64,000 bases of DNA from Candidatus Latescibacterota bacterium (GTDB lineage: Bacteria; Latescibacterota; UBA2968; GCA-2709665), in NCBI GenBank assembly GCA_965219455.1, contig OZ244744.1:1568001-1632000 (forward strand), read 5' to 3'. Every line of letters begins with the position of its first letter. The stretch's first letter is position 1. The translations under genes and the position numbers were made by a program. The notes beneath the pieces are model-generated. The model was not told the origin of the DNA and did no database searches. It worked only from the letters and a program-made list of their open reading frames with translations. This document shows, piece by piece, positions 9,297 through 18,882 of this stretch.

Positions 9297-10488
9297 CATT
9301 CTTGCCGGCGTTTTCGCGCTGAACGTCTTTCAGGCGCCCATGCATTCGGCGACCCTGAACGGCACCGTAAGAGACGGCGCGACGCTGACGCCGTTGCCGT
9401 ACGCAACGGTTGTCCTGCCGGAACTCAAACGCGGGGACCATACGGACCTCTATGGCCGATTCACGGTGGCCGACCTGCCACGGGGTCCCATTCGCGTCCG
9501 GGTTTCATTTGTCGGCTATCGGACGGAACTGCGGGAGATTGTCGTACCCGACACTTCGGAAAGCCGACTGGATATCCTGCTATCCCCGTCTCCAATAACG
9601 CTCAAGGCCCACGTTGACCTGCCACGTCCCTCCCTCAAGGATCTCCTGAAAAACATCGGTCAAAAACCCCGCGAAAACGTCTTTCACACGCGCTACGCGC
9701 ACCTCCGGACCCATCGTTTTGAGTTACGCGGCGTTCAGACCCTCTACGCCGGCAGCGATACCCGTTCGCGCGTCCTTGCCCGAATCGATTACGACGGCCG
9801 GGGGTATTATCGAAATCCCGGGGGGATCGCCCAGGTCGTCACGGCGTACCGGTCTCGCAGCGCGCCGGCCCAGCAATTCGGCATGCATCCCGGCGTCATC
9901 GTAGATATCCGCAGCGGCCGCCTCAACGGCCGCGATTTTGACGTGGGACCTCTACCGTTGGAATCCGACGCCAGAAGAGATTACCGGTATCGTCTGATAG
10001 GTACCGTACAGATGGGCGACGTAGCCGTGCACAAAATTCAAGTCGAGCCCAAAAAAAAAAGAAGCCCCGCACTCGAAGGGGCCATCTGGATTTCCGCAAC
10101 CGACTTCTCGCTGGTGGGCTACGACCTGCGCTTGAACAGGAAAGGCCGAAAATCACTCGGCATCAAGGAACTGCGCACCTACCAGGAAAACGCGCTCTAT
10201 TACGACCGCTATTGGCTGCCCGTACTACAAACCGTACGCGTTACCACCGAGACGGGCGCATTGGCTGAACAGACCACGCGCATTAGCGGCTATACCCTTA
10301 ACCCCGCCCTTCACGACTCCCTTTTCAGCCGGGCCTCGTTTTCAATGCACCCGGACGCAACCCGACTCGGCGCCGCCTATTGGAAAGCCCGCGAGGACAG
10401 CCTGCAGACCGCACAGCGCCAGGCGATGCTGATGCTGCTCGAGACAAATGCCGTGCCTGGAGGGTGGAAACGCTTTTTGAGTCAATAG
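9274..10488 (+). CDS. Exported protein with an N-terminal carboxypeptidase-regulatory-like domain
   Basis: Signal peptide followed by 'GTVRDGATLTPLPYATV...TDLYGRF...VSFVGY'. The C-terminal beta-rich region 'EGAIWIS..DFSLV...YWLP' resembles DUF5686-type proteins. Confidence 0.7.
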   Translation: MSARLSFSILAGVFALNVFQAPMHSATLNGTVRDGATLTPLPYATVVLPELKRGDHTDLYGRFTVADLPRGPIRVRVSFVGYRTELREIVVPDTSESRLDILLSPSPITLKAHVDLPRPSLKDLLKNIGQKPRENVFHTRYAHLRTHRFELRGVQTLYAGSDTRSRVLARIDYDGRGYYRNPGGIAQVVTAYRSRSAPAQQFGMHPGVIVDIRSGRLNGRDFDVGPLPLESDARRDYRYRLIGTVQMGDVAVHKIQVEPKKKRSPALEGAIWISATDFSLVGYDLRLNRKGRKSLGIKELRTYQENALYYDRYWLPVLQTVRVTTETGALAEQTTRISGYTLNPALHDSLFSRASFSMHPDATRLGAAYWKAREDSLQTAQRQAMLMLLETNAVPGGWKRFLSQ

Positions 10489-10590
10489 CGGATAGGTCGG
10501 TTTGGACGGCGCGCCCGCATGACTCGCAATGCCCCGCATCCCGGGACACTAACGTCAGCATTGCACAAAGGGGAAGGCAAGGAGATACAG

Positions 10591-11352
10591 ATGCGTCAAC
10601 AGACGGCTGCACCGAAAGCGCTCAACCGCATTCGTGTTGTCCTTACGGGCACCAAGGAGCCCGGCAACATCGGTGCGGTGGCGCGGGCGATGAAAAACAT
10701 GGGCCTCTCACGGCTCTATCTTGTGGACCCGCCGGACCATACCTGCGGCGACGCGCGAAAAATGGCCCACGGTTCCGGAGACGTGCTCTACGGCGCGACG
10801 GTATGCGAATCGCTTGAAGAGGCCCTGGCCGGCACGGTACTCTCCGTGGGAACGACCCACCGGAAACGCGAGCACCTCGACATCATGTACGGGCCGCGGC
10901 ATGTGGCGGAGAAGCTGGTCTCCCTGCCGCAGGATAACGAAGCCGCCCTCGTATTCGGCCGAGAAGAAAACGGCCTGACCAACGATGAAATGCGGCTCTG
11001 CAGCATGATCGCCAATATCCCGACCGCCCACCGGTATCCCTCCCTGAACCTTTCCCAGGCCGTTCTCATCTTCGGCTTTGAATGCTTCCGCGCGGCATCC
11101 AGGCCCCGCGAATTGCCGGAGCTTGACCTCGCGTCCTTTGAAGAGATGGAATCCCTCTACGCCCACATCGCGTCCGCGATGGACAAGCTGGGCTTCCCCG
11201 CCGACTACATGCCGAAGGCCTTCCCGCGGTCCATCCGCCGCCTCTTCGGGCGCCTCTCCATGGATCGCCGAGACGTTGCCACCATGCACCGGATCTTCCG
11301 CCAGATCGACAAATTCGTCGCCGTACACAAATCGGATGCCGAGTCAGGATGA
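10591..11352 (+). CDS. trmJ: SPOUT tRNA (cytidine/uridine-2'-O) methyltransferase, TrmJ/LasT family
   Basis: Motifs 'PGNIGAVARAMKNMG', 'ALVFGREENGLTNDE', 'YPSLNLSQAV'. GGAG precedes ATG 10591. Confidence 0.85.
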   Translation: MRQQTAAPKALNRIRVVLTGTKEPGNIGAVARAMKNMGLSRLYLVDPPDHTCGDARKMAHGSGDVLYGATVCESLEEALAGTVLSVGTTHRKREHLDIMYGPRHVAEKLVSLPQDNEAALVFGREENGLTNDEMRLCSMIANIPTAHRYPSLNLSQAVLIFGFECFRAASRPRELPELDLASFEEMESLYAHIASAMDKLGFPADYMPKAFPRSIRRLFGRLSMDRRDVATMHRIFRQIDKFVAVHKSDAESG

Positions 11353-11432
11353 CCAGTGGGCGAAGGATTTCGAAGAAAGGGCGGACTTCACGATAGGCGG
11401 CCCCAGCCGCCTTCACCGAAAGAGCATCCCGG

Positions 11433-12611
11433 ATGAGAATGCGCCATTCATTCAGCATTGCCCTGTTGTTGGTTGGCGTCCTGTTCGCGCGGGCCAGCCT
11501 CGCCGGGAAGGAAAACCCCTTCAGCCTTCCGGAAGGCGCTCTCGCCCGCCTGGGCAAAGGTGATATCAGTTTTAATGACAGAGCGGTAGCCTATTCACCG
11601 GACGGCGCGCGCCTGGCGGTGGCAAGCAGCATCGGTATCTGGCTGTACAATGCCCACACCGGCGCCGAAGTGGCCTTGTTCGCGGGGCACACGCGGTATG
11701 TCCTTGCGGTATCGTTCTCCCCGGATGGCGCCACCCTGGCCAGCGGGAGCAATGACAATACGATTCGGTTATGGGATGTTGCCAGCGGTCAGGAGAAAGC
11801 TACCCTGACTGGGCATACGCGCAGGGTCCATTCGGTATCGTTTTCGCCTGACGGATCTGCCTTGGCCAGTGGAAGCAGGGACGGTACGATTCGGCTGTGG
11901 GACGTGGTCAGCCGTCAGGAGAAGACCACGCTGACCGGGCATAAAGGGTCTGTAGCGTCCGTGTCGTTTTCGCCGGACGGGTCCACCATAGCCAGTGGGA
12001 GCTCCGACAAGACGGTACGTTTGTGGGACGTGGTCAGCGGTCAGGAGAAAGCCGCCCTGACAGGGCATGCGAGTAGGGTCCTATCGGTGTCGTTCTCGCC
12101 GGATGGGTCCACACTGGCCAGTGGAAGTGGGGACGAGACGGTACGGTTGTGGGACGTGATCAGCCGTCAGACAAAAGCCACCCTGACAGGGCATGCGAGT
12201 AGGGTCCTATCGGTGTCGTTCTCGCCGGATGGGTCCACACTGGCCAGTACGAGCGAGGACGGGATCGTACGTTTGTGGGATGTGGTCAGCCATAGGGAGA
12301 AAGGCGTCCTGAGGGGGCATATCGAGGTTGCCACGGCCGTGTCGTTCTCCCCGGATGGACTCACCCTGGCCAGTGGGAGCGGAGACGGTACGATTCTGCT
12401 TTGGGACATGTCCCCATACGTCACTCCTTGGATCCCCGATTCCGACTTCGATGGCGACGGTACCGTTAGCTTCACGGACTTTCTACAGTTTGCAGCACAG
12501 TTCGGATTGAGTCAATCCGATGAAGACTACGACGCACGATATGATCTGGACGGCGACGGCACGATCGGGTTTGGCGATTTTCTAATCTTCGCCAACGCAT
12601 TCGGTAGATAA
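11433..12611 (+). CDS. Exported WD40-repeat protein with a C-terminal dockerin/EF-hand-like domain
   Basis: Signal peptide, about 7 repeats of 'GH...V.SVSFSPDG.TLASGS.D.TVRLWD', and a C-terminal 'DFDGDGTVSFTDFLQF...YDLDGDGTIGFGDFLIF'. Confidence 0.9.
   Translation: MRMRHSFSIALLLVGVLFARASLAGKENPFSLPEGALARLGKGDISFNDRAVAYSPDGARLAVASSIGIWLYNAHTGAEVALFAGHTRYVLAVSFSPDGATLASGSNDNTIRLWDVASGQEKATLTGHTRRVHSVSFSPDGSALASGSRDGTIRLWDVVSRQEKTTLTGHKGSVASVSFSPDGSTIASGSSDKTVRLWDVVSGQEKAALTGHASRVLSVSFSPDGSTLASGSGDETVRLWDVISRQTKATLTGHASRVLSVSFSPDGSTLASTSEDGIVRLWDVVSHREKGVLRGHIEVATAVSFSPDGLTLASGSGDGTILLWDMSPYVTPWIPDSDFDGDGTVSFTDFLQFAAQFGLSQSDEDYDARYDLDGDGTIGFGDFLIFANAFGR
12055..12248 (+). repeat. 126-bp-period WD40 coding repeats; 68-bp exact duplication at 12055-12122 and 12181-12248
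   Basis: The sequence 'ccctgacagggcatgcgagtagggtcctatcggtgtcgttctcgccggatgggtccacactggccagt' occurs identically twice, 126 bp apart. Confidence 0.9.
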
Positions 12612-12698
12612 GCGTCGTCCGGTTAACGTCGCGCCTTAAGGTCAAATTGCGCAGTGTCCGCGGCGCACGCACGAATTGCCCGTGTGCATCAATACAAA

Positions 12699-12723
12699 GG
12701 GCAGACAGGAATGTCTGCCCCAC
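12699..12723 (-). repeat. REP-like palindrome (GTGG plus hairpin), possibly also a terminator between convergent genes
   Basis: Perfect 9-bp stem gggcagaca-ggaa-tgtctgccc. The minus strand reads GTGG GGCAGACA TTCC TGTCTGCC. Confidence 0.6.
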
Positions 12724-12953
12724 CTTCAAACCCGCTTCTTCAACGTCGCGACAAGCCATTGTGGGGGGTGGAGATGATTGATTCGCGAATAATGCAGCCT
12801 GAATGTTGCTCATTATTTCCCCACAACTCTGCTGCGCCGTTCCATCAGAACAACGTCCCGCCAGACCCCGTTCAGCCGGCCTAAGCGTTCCTTCGGCTGT
12901 GTTCTCTCCGACTCGCGGTTCCGCCGTCGTGGGGGCCATTGCCTCGCGATTCT

Positions 12954-13526
12954 TCAAAATCCGATCGTTTTCTCCATAACGATGACATCCCGCACCAGAC
13001 CGCATGGGAGTCTGTCGGAAGATCGGCTTACCTCAGTGTATCCGTGAGCGTGGTAGAAGAGAGGAGCCGCGACGTTGTACTCCGTATAGCGCAATCTGGC
13101 GCAGGCATGATCCGCTCTGTGTATCTCCTCCTCGGCCACCTGCAATAGTATGCTACCGATTCCACTTCTCTGGAAGGAGGGATGGACCCACAGATCGGCG
13201 ACTTCGTGACCGTCGGTGCTTGTTAGTCCAAGGATTAGTGACCGGATTGTTGCCACCGTGACCATCGGCCAGATTTCCGGGAATCGTTTGCTCTCGGAAT
13301 CCGCTTCCATCCAATCCCGTACAGCCTGAATCGGGGCGAGTTCGCAGTTTCCGGAGAGCCAGGACCGTTGCGCCAGGTCAACAAGCGCCGGGACGTCTGC
13401 CTCAACCGCACGCCGGGTTGTGATTGCAGGTCTAATCGCGTTTTTGCCAGAGGGATGGAGAATGGGAAACTTCCACGACGATGTTATTCGTAACGGGTCA
13501 GAGGTTGTATTCGCTCCCTTGCGCAA
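12954..13526 (-). CDS. GNAT family N-acetyltransferase (start uncertain, possibly 5'-eroded)
   Basis: Motifs 'VADLWVHPSFQRSGIGSILL' and 'N..APLFYHAHGY'. Confidence 0.75.
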   Translation of the reverse strand: MRKGANTTSDPLRITSSWKFPILHPSGKNAIRPAITTRRAVEADVPALVDLAQRSWLSGNCELAPIQAVRDWMEADSESKRFPEIWPMVTVATIRSLILGLTSTDGHEVADLWVHPSFQRSGIGSILLQVAEEEIHRADHACARLRYTEYNVAAPLFYHAHGYTEVSRSSDRLPCGLVRDVIVMEKTIGF

Positions 13527-13600
13527 TAGCAGACATCACTGCGGTCTTGTCTAAGTCCCGGGGAACATTGATTGAATTAGGCGTCGCGGGAAGCGGCTGG

Positions 13601-13921
13601 TTATGGCCCAACTTGCACGAAAGAGCGTGGTTTCAGCGAAGCAAGGGCTTCTTCAAGCTTGGGCAGGAGCGGCATCAGCGCGTGTAATTCGTTCGAGTGC
13701 GCACGCAGGATCACGACCGCAATGGGGAGGACAAAGAGGTTCTGTTGGTACCGAAGATTCTTGTCAACGGTGATAAACGCATCAAATTCCGACGCCGCAA
13801 GGCTGAGCACATCACCGTTCCTGATACCACCCCATCCCATAGCAACCACTGTCCGCACGGTATGGCCAGGCAGGTATTGCCGCACGCGACGGGGAACGGA
13901 CTCGTCAAGAAGTAGACGCAT
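13601..13921 (-). CDS. DUF5615-type PIN-like toxin
   Basis: Sequence 'MRLLLDESVP...GWGGIRNGDVL..A...FDAFITVDKNL.YQQNL'. Overlaps the upstream DUF433 gene. Confidence 0.85.
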   Translation of the reverse strand: MRLLLDESVPRRVRQYLPGHTVRTVVAMGWGGIRNGDVLSLAASEFDAFITVDKNLRYQQNLFVLPIAVVILRAHSNELHALMPLLPKLEEALASLKPRSFVQVGP

Positions 13922-14123
13922 CGGCGAAAAGGCGTGCTTTCGCGGCTTCGAGCACAGCTACTGCTGCCTTGCGGGAAACAGAGGGAAAGTCCTCCAGGAA
14001 CTCCTCAAGCGATGACGTTCCTTCCAGGTAGTCGAACAGGTTCTGTACTGGCACCCGGGTCCCCTTGAAACAGAGTGCCCCACTCATGATCTCCGGGTCG
14101 CGACTGATGTAAGTTGCTTCCAT
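13905..14123 (-). CDS. DUF433 antitoxin
   Basis: Sequence 'ISRDPEIMSGALCFKGTRVPVQNLFDYLEG..SLEEFLEDFPSV'. GGAGG precedes ATG 14123. Confidence 0.9.
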   Translation of the reverse strand: MEATYISRDPEIMSGALCFKGTRVPVQNLFDYLEGTSSLEEFLEDFPSVSRKAAVAVLEAAKARLFADASTS

Positions 14124-14422
14124 CGATACCTCCGAACTCGAAAACCCTTCAGATTGGCCGAAACCAGGAACACAATTGCCAAAATGATAAGAGCTGCAAA
14201 TCACGATCAAATGCCGCAAGGTGGTTCAGCCTGTCATGACTGGAATTATGGCAATTAACGTCGCAACTTACTCATTAGCAGTGCTTTACCTTAGATTTCG
14301 GCTCGTCCTCTTCGAATGCAATGCGGTTCCGCAAATTCCCCGTATTGAGTTAAAGATAACTCGGTACCGTAATCGCAGCCAAACCAATTCTCTCAGAAGC
14401 TGTTTTTAAATTCCAAACCGCG

Positions 14423-14620
14423 CTAACGTGAGGAGGGTCTGAGCGGCTTCATCGTAACGGTCCAAAGACCCGACATGCCGAAAAGTTCAGCGTCCTCGGG
14501 ATAAACTTTCATCGGCCGTAACTCAAGAATCTCGAAGTAGTGTTTTAGTATGCCTCGCAATCGATCTTCCGAGTAGCCGATACCCGGCGGCATCTTTCCC
14601 GTTTCGTATATCTGCCGGTC
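14423..14620 (-). pseudogene. C-terminal remnant of a probable class I SAM-dependent methyltransferase
   Basis: The minus frame reads DRQIYETGKMPPGIGYSEDRLRGILKHYFEILELRPMK...FGMSGLWTVTMKP, which resembles methyltransferase C-termini. An in-frame TGA lies just upstream and the N-terminal half is missing. Confidence 0.5.
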
Positions 14621-14844
14621 CTGATGCGCCCCAGTTCAAAGTATCTGACCAGATTCTCGTCCGGGACATTCCTCAGAAAAGGTGGGGTCCGCTTGCCCTT
14701 CGTATAAAAGGACTCCCAATCTACCCTTCAGCCAGGGAATGATCAAGACGCTCTGCGTCTTTGACGGTATGGATGTGACTTCGCGAGATATCTTCCATTC
14801 GAAGCACCACATTTGGGGGTGGCGTCGGGCTTTTCAAACCGTCC

Positions 14845-15567
14845 TCAAAAATGAGAATCTCCAAGATGACCCTTCAACTCGAGGTGTAGCGCGTCGGCGA
14901 TTCGTCTTGCGAAGGCGTTTACACCCGGTAGCTCCGAATAGTTGTGCGAATACACCAGCACGTTGACGTTTTTATATTTGGCGTACTCCAGCAGATAGAG
15001 ATTCGTCTCCCCTGTGACGTACAGGTCGATCCCGAAATGCAACGCATCTCGCAGAAAGGTGGTATAGATTCCCGCGCCCGTTACCGTGGCTACCCTTCGC
15101 ACGGTCCGGTTCGCGTCATGTACCCTGCAGGGCTCCTCGCACAGCAGAGACGTGAGGTTTGCGCGCACCGTGGCCAGGCTGGCGGGTTCGGACAGTTTGC
15201 CCACCCTTCCCGCGTTTTCGGCCAGCGTGGCCACAGGCGTACAACCGATTTCCGATAGCAGCATTGCCGAGGTTCCGAAATCCGCCAGGTCGAGCGGGAG
15301 GTGCGCCCAGATGTGCGTGAGTCCGTGCTTCCGTAAGAGAGACCGGACCTCTTCCCTTTGTTCGAACATGAACTCCCAGGCATCGTGATGTGTGACAATG
15401 ACATCCACGTTCCGTTCGACTGCCGCCCGTATCGTCTCCGGCGTAATCGTGGTCGCAAAGCCCACCGAAACGGGATGATGGTCGCAATATCCGGCAATAC
15501 CCCATTCATCCGGGTGAGCATCCAGCAGTTCCCTGGTGAACAGAATGTCCATCATTTCGCGAATCAT
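14845..15567 (-). CDS. Nif3-like dinuclear metal centre protein
   Basis: Motifs 'VDVIVTHH', 'AHLPLD', 'VATVTGAG', 'YVTGE', 'SHNYSE'. Confidence 0.85.
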   Translation of the reverse strand: MIREMMDILFTRELLDAHPDEWGIAGYCDHHPVSVGFATTITPETIRAAVERNVDVIVTHHDAWEFMFEQREEVRSLLRKHGLTHIWAHLPLDLADFGTSAMLLSEIGCTPVATLAENAGRVGKLSEPASLATVRANLTSLLCEEPCRVHDANRTVRRVATVTGAGIYTTFLRDALHFGIDLYVTGETNLYLLEYAKYKNVNVLVYSHNYSELPGVNAFARRIADALHLELKGHLGDSHF

Positions 15568-15682
15568 AAACCCACCTCGCGCCTTCTCGGTTTATCTCCG
15601 CCGATCTGCCGTCAGCGCCAACGGGGCCCGGACGGCGCCGCATACACACACAAGTGTGTATAGGCTCGAGAGGGCCCTTGCG

Positions 15683-16570
15683 TCAAAGGACCATCCACAC
15701 GCCAGTCACACAGAACACCACGCCCGTCACCAGCCGCAGGGTCAGCTTCTCCTTCAGAAAGATGACCGCCATCACCAGCCCCAGAACGGGGGAGACAGAC
15801 GCCAGGGTGGCCATCTTCGCGGGTCCGATCCGGCTGATCGCCATCAAGTACAGCATGGATCCGGCGCCCACGCCGACGATCCCGCTGGCGGCCACAATCG
15901 ACAGCGCCCGCCGTTCGATATCCCGGATGCGCATCACCGGGCCGGTCCATGCCCGGGCCAGGAAGAGCAACGCGGCCGTGATCGGCACGCGGACACTGTT
16001 GGCCTGAACGGCCGTCAAGTGCGTGATCGCCGGTTTGAGCATCACCGTGCTCAGGCCCCATAGCAGGCAGGCGAACAGCGCCAGGGATGTGCCCAGCGCG
16101 AGCCGAACGGGCCGCTCAGCGGAGGGCTGTCGGGACCGGCTTGAAAGAAAAATCACCCCAACGGCCACGAGACAGATCCCAAGGAAGAATCTTTGGCTGA
16201 ACGGATTCTGCAGCAGGGCCCACTCGAAGAAAAACGTGGCGAGCGGGAAGGTTCCGGACAGCGCCATCGCACGCGACACGCCGATCTCCTTGATTGCCGC
16301 CAGGTACATCGTCTCGCCGATGGCCATCCCGATCACCAACCCGCCCACCAGCAGCGCCCACTCCGTTCCGGTGACGTGGGCGTAGCTGGAAAGCGGCGGC
16401 CCGAACGGGAGCAGCGCCCAGAAAATAACCGTGGCCACGGCGCACCGGATGCCGTTCATCATCGCCGGAGGGATCACCTGTGACTGCGTGCGGACCATCA
16501 GGCTGTTCAACGCCCAGACGAGCGAGCACAGCAGTCCGAAGACCTCACCGGGAGAGATCGAAAACCCCAA
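15683..16570 (-). CDS. DMT/EamA family transporter
   Basis: Ten hydrophobic segments in two repeats; C-terminal 'SVSPVLGLVMAVIFLKEKLT'. Confidence 0.85.
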   Translation of the reverse strand: MGFSISPGEVFGLLCSLVWALNSLMVRTQSQVIPPAMMNGIRCAVATVIFWALLPFGPPLSSYAHVTGTEWALLVGGLVIGMAIGETMYLAAIKEIGVSRAMALSGTFPLATFFFEWALLQNPFSQRFFLGICLVAVGVIFLSSRSRQPSAERPVRLALGTSLALFACLLWGLSTVMLKPAITHLTAVQANSVRVPITAALLFLARAWTGPVMRIRDIERRALSIVAASGIVGVGAGSMLYLMAISRIGPAKMATLASVSPVLGLVMAVIFLKEKLTLRLVTGVVFCVTGVWMVL

Positions 16571-16748
16571 TTTGGCTCCCCGAGCGGATTCCAGGAATCA
16601 AGATCTGACGAGAGCGGGAGAGACGATTCCGCGATTCTGGTGCGGGCGCTAACCGTCCCGTTCAGGCGGCGCATACGCGGAACGCGGGGGAAGGGGGCGT
16701 TCGCGTCGAAAAACGACAGCGGGCTGATCGAGCATTGTACCGGGTCGA

Positions 16749-17156
16749 TCAGACCTGGTATTTCTGGCCCGAATCGGGCTCGCCATGCTCGTTGGCGATA
16801 ACGTAGAAGACCAGATCCTCGGATTGGCTGGCATTTCGGATCCGGTGCCGGATGCCCGCCGGTTGCATGAAGCAGTCTCCGGCGACGGCTTCGGTGGAAT
16901 CACCTTCACGATCGACCACGGCGCGGCCGGAGACGACAATGAAGAATTCCCACGTGCGGGCATGCGAATGCACCGGGCATGGGCGTGCGCCCGGGGGCAG
17001 ACGCGTCATTTCAACGTCGAACGGATGGGGCGTTTCCGGGGTGTTTCCCAGGGCGACCGATACATTGCGGCGATAGCGTTCGTAGCTTCCGGTCTTCCAG
17101 GTCCACTTCTGATGAACTTCAGGTACGTCGTCCAGATTGATCTTCCAGGGGTTCAT
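16749..17156 (-). CDS. Cupin domain protein
   Basis: Motifs 'LPPGARPCPVHSH..TWEFFIVVSG' and 'GDCFMQPAGIRHRIRN'. GGAGG precedes ATG 17156. Confidence 0.85.
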   Translation of the reverse strand: MNPWKINLDDVPEVHQKWTWKTGSYERYRRNVSVALGNTPETPHPFDVEMTRLPPGARPCPVHSHARTWEFFIVVSGRAVVDREGDSTEAVAGDCFMQPAGIRHRIRNASQSEDLVFYVIANEHGEPDSGQKYQV

Positions 17157-17438
17157 GATTTGCTGACCTCCGGGATTGGTTTGGGGGTTTGAGTTCCACC
17201 CTGGCTTGAAAGTCCCGGGGGATTTGCCGGGTGGGATGTGGATATAAATCGCGGGGACGGATCTCCCCGTAAACGACATGGAGATTTACAGGCCGGACGT
17301 CGAGCGTATTATTGCGGTTGGAGATGCGGGTTGTTGACGTTGTTGCGTGCGGAGGGTGGGCCGGGAGGTCGTATTTCTGGGAAGTGTCAGCCCATGGTGG
17401 CGAGGTGGTGGCATAGCCGAAAATATCGAGCCTACGGT

Positions 17439-17615
17439 CTACTTTGGCTGACCCGCGTTTTCGGCTCGTTTAGGCGCGAAGCCAATGAAATTCCTCCCGC
17501 TGGTTTTTTCTCGCTCCTTAATGTCTCTATATATGGCATGCAGATCATAGTTGAACTTCCTGGCATGCGCTTCGCGTATCTTCCTTACTTCCTCCACAAC
17601 CGAATCTCGCCTCAT
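17439..17615 (-). CDS. Small conserved hypothetical protein, antitoxin-like ('D.IVEEVRKIRE.HA..FNYDL.AI' type)
   Basis: GGAGG RBS. The pattern resembles small proteins usually found next to PIN toxin genes; this is recall and was not searched. Confidence 0.6.
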   Translation of the reverse strand: MRRDSVVEEVRKIREAHARKFNYDLHAIYRDIKEREKTSGRNFIGFAPKRAENAGQPK

Positions 17616-17662
17616 CACGTCATTCCTCCAGTGGTGCCTGGCCACGGATCTCTGCTTCCCTG

Positions 17663-17899
17663 TCAGCCGCTGATGTGTGAATTCAGGATGGACTCCAAAA
17701 TCTCTGGTGTCATTCCTCGTTCTCGTGCCTTGCGGCTGATCTCGCTCATAATCACTTCAAGAGGCTTTTTCGCCCGTCCCACCTCGCTAAGCTTGAGACT
17801 GAGCAGGGCATTCAACTTGCACTGATCCGATTTGTTGGCTTTCTCATAGGCCTGAGCCGCCTCAGTGCTGACACGAATTCGAATAACTCTTGTTTCCAT
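17663..17899 (-). CDS. Small hypothetical protein, antitoxin-like
   Basis: Sequence 'IRIRVSTEAAQAYEKA...LEVIMSEISRKARERGMTPEILESILN'. GGAG RBS. Resembles partners of PIN toxins. Confidence 0.6.
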   Translation of the reverse strand: METRVIRIRVSTEAAQAYEKANKSDQCKLNALLSLKLSEVGRAKKPLEVIMSEISRKARERGMTPEILESILNSHISG

Positions 17900-18130
17900 A
17901 TCGTTCTCCATTTCAATTTTCAACTAGTCGAATCTCAAAAACACAGTTTGAATTTACCGTTAGCCACCCCGATCAACAAGGCAAATTCCAAGCCAACGGA
18001 TTTTTCCGGTCCATCCAGCACCGACTGCCAGAGTCCGGGCAAAGGGCGCTTTTGCACAGACTCACTCAACGTTTTGCGAAATTCGTATTCGAGAAAACAA
18101 GGTGACGTGCCGCAACCAGGTACGTAGGTG

Positions 18131-18835
18131 TCAGCCAGATTGGACCCTTGAGGACTGTATTCTGTTTAGTTCGGTTAATGACATCCTCCCATCCGGATTT
18201 CGATACAACCACGTACGGAGGTTTTTCTTTACAGCGGGCCACTGGCTATCCAGAAGCGCATACCAGGCGGTGTCTCTGTTTCGACCCTTAATGATCATGT
18301 GCTGACTGAAGATCCCCTCGAACCTGAAACCGAGGCGAATCGCTGCTCTACGGGAACGCTCGTTCAGGGAATCGCACTTCCATTCGACCCGCCGATATTT
18401 GAGCCTGTCGAATGCCTCGCAGAGCATCAGATACACGGCCTCGGTGTTTACGTTCGACCGCTGGGAATCCGGCGAATACCAGATTTGGCCGAGTTCAAGG
18501 CGTCCCATATCGGACGCGATGTTCAGAAAACTCACCATCCCAACCCGCCGCCCCGATTCGCGATGGTGGACGGTAAGGAAGATCGGATCGTTCGACCCTG
18601 CCCCGTCCTCGAGCCAACTTCGCATATCGTCTACGCTTTCAAAGGGACCGTAACCCATGTAGGTCCATATCTGCTCACCCATAGCGGATCCGTGAGAGCA
18701 CTCGTACAGCTCCCCGGCATCGGCCTCCGGGCTGACAGGCGAAAGAGTAATCAACTCGCCGTCGTAGTCCGCCCGACGAGGCATGGCGTCGTGGGCGATG
18801 GGTTCAACGATATCCCCAACAGGAAGGGACGACAT
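18131..18835 (-). CDS. GNAT acetyltransferase, RimJ/RimL-like
   Basis: Motifs 'LELGQIWYSP', 'YRRVEWKCDSLNERSRRAAIRLGFRFEGIF', 'KGRNRDTAWY'. Confidence 0.9.
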   Translation of the reverse strand: MSSLPVGDIVEPIAHDAMPRRADYDGELITLSPVSPEADAGELYECSHGSAMGEQIWTYMGYGPFESVDDMRSWLEDGAGSNDPIFLTVHHRESGRRVGMVSFLNIASDMGRLELGQIWYSPDSQRSNVNTEAVYLMLCEAFDRLKYRRVEWKCDSLNERSRRAAIRLGFRFEGIFSQHMIIKGRNRDTAWYALLDSQWPAVKKNLRTWLYRNPDGRMSLTELNRIQSSRVQSG

Positions 18836-18882
18836 GGCAATTCCTCGTTGTTATGGTAATCGCGTGATGAGAGACGTTCATG

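Noticed and set aside
11690-12420. Regularly spaced repeats as a CRISPR array
   Set aside because: They are in-frame 126-bp WD40 coding repeats.
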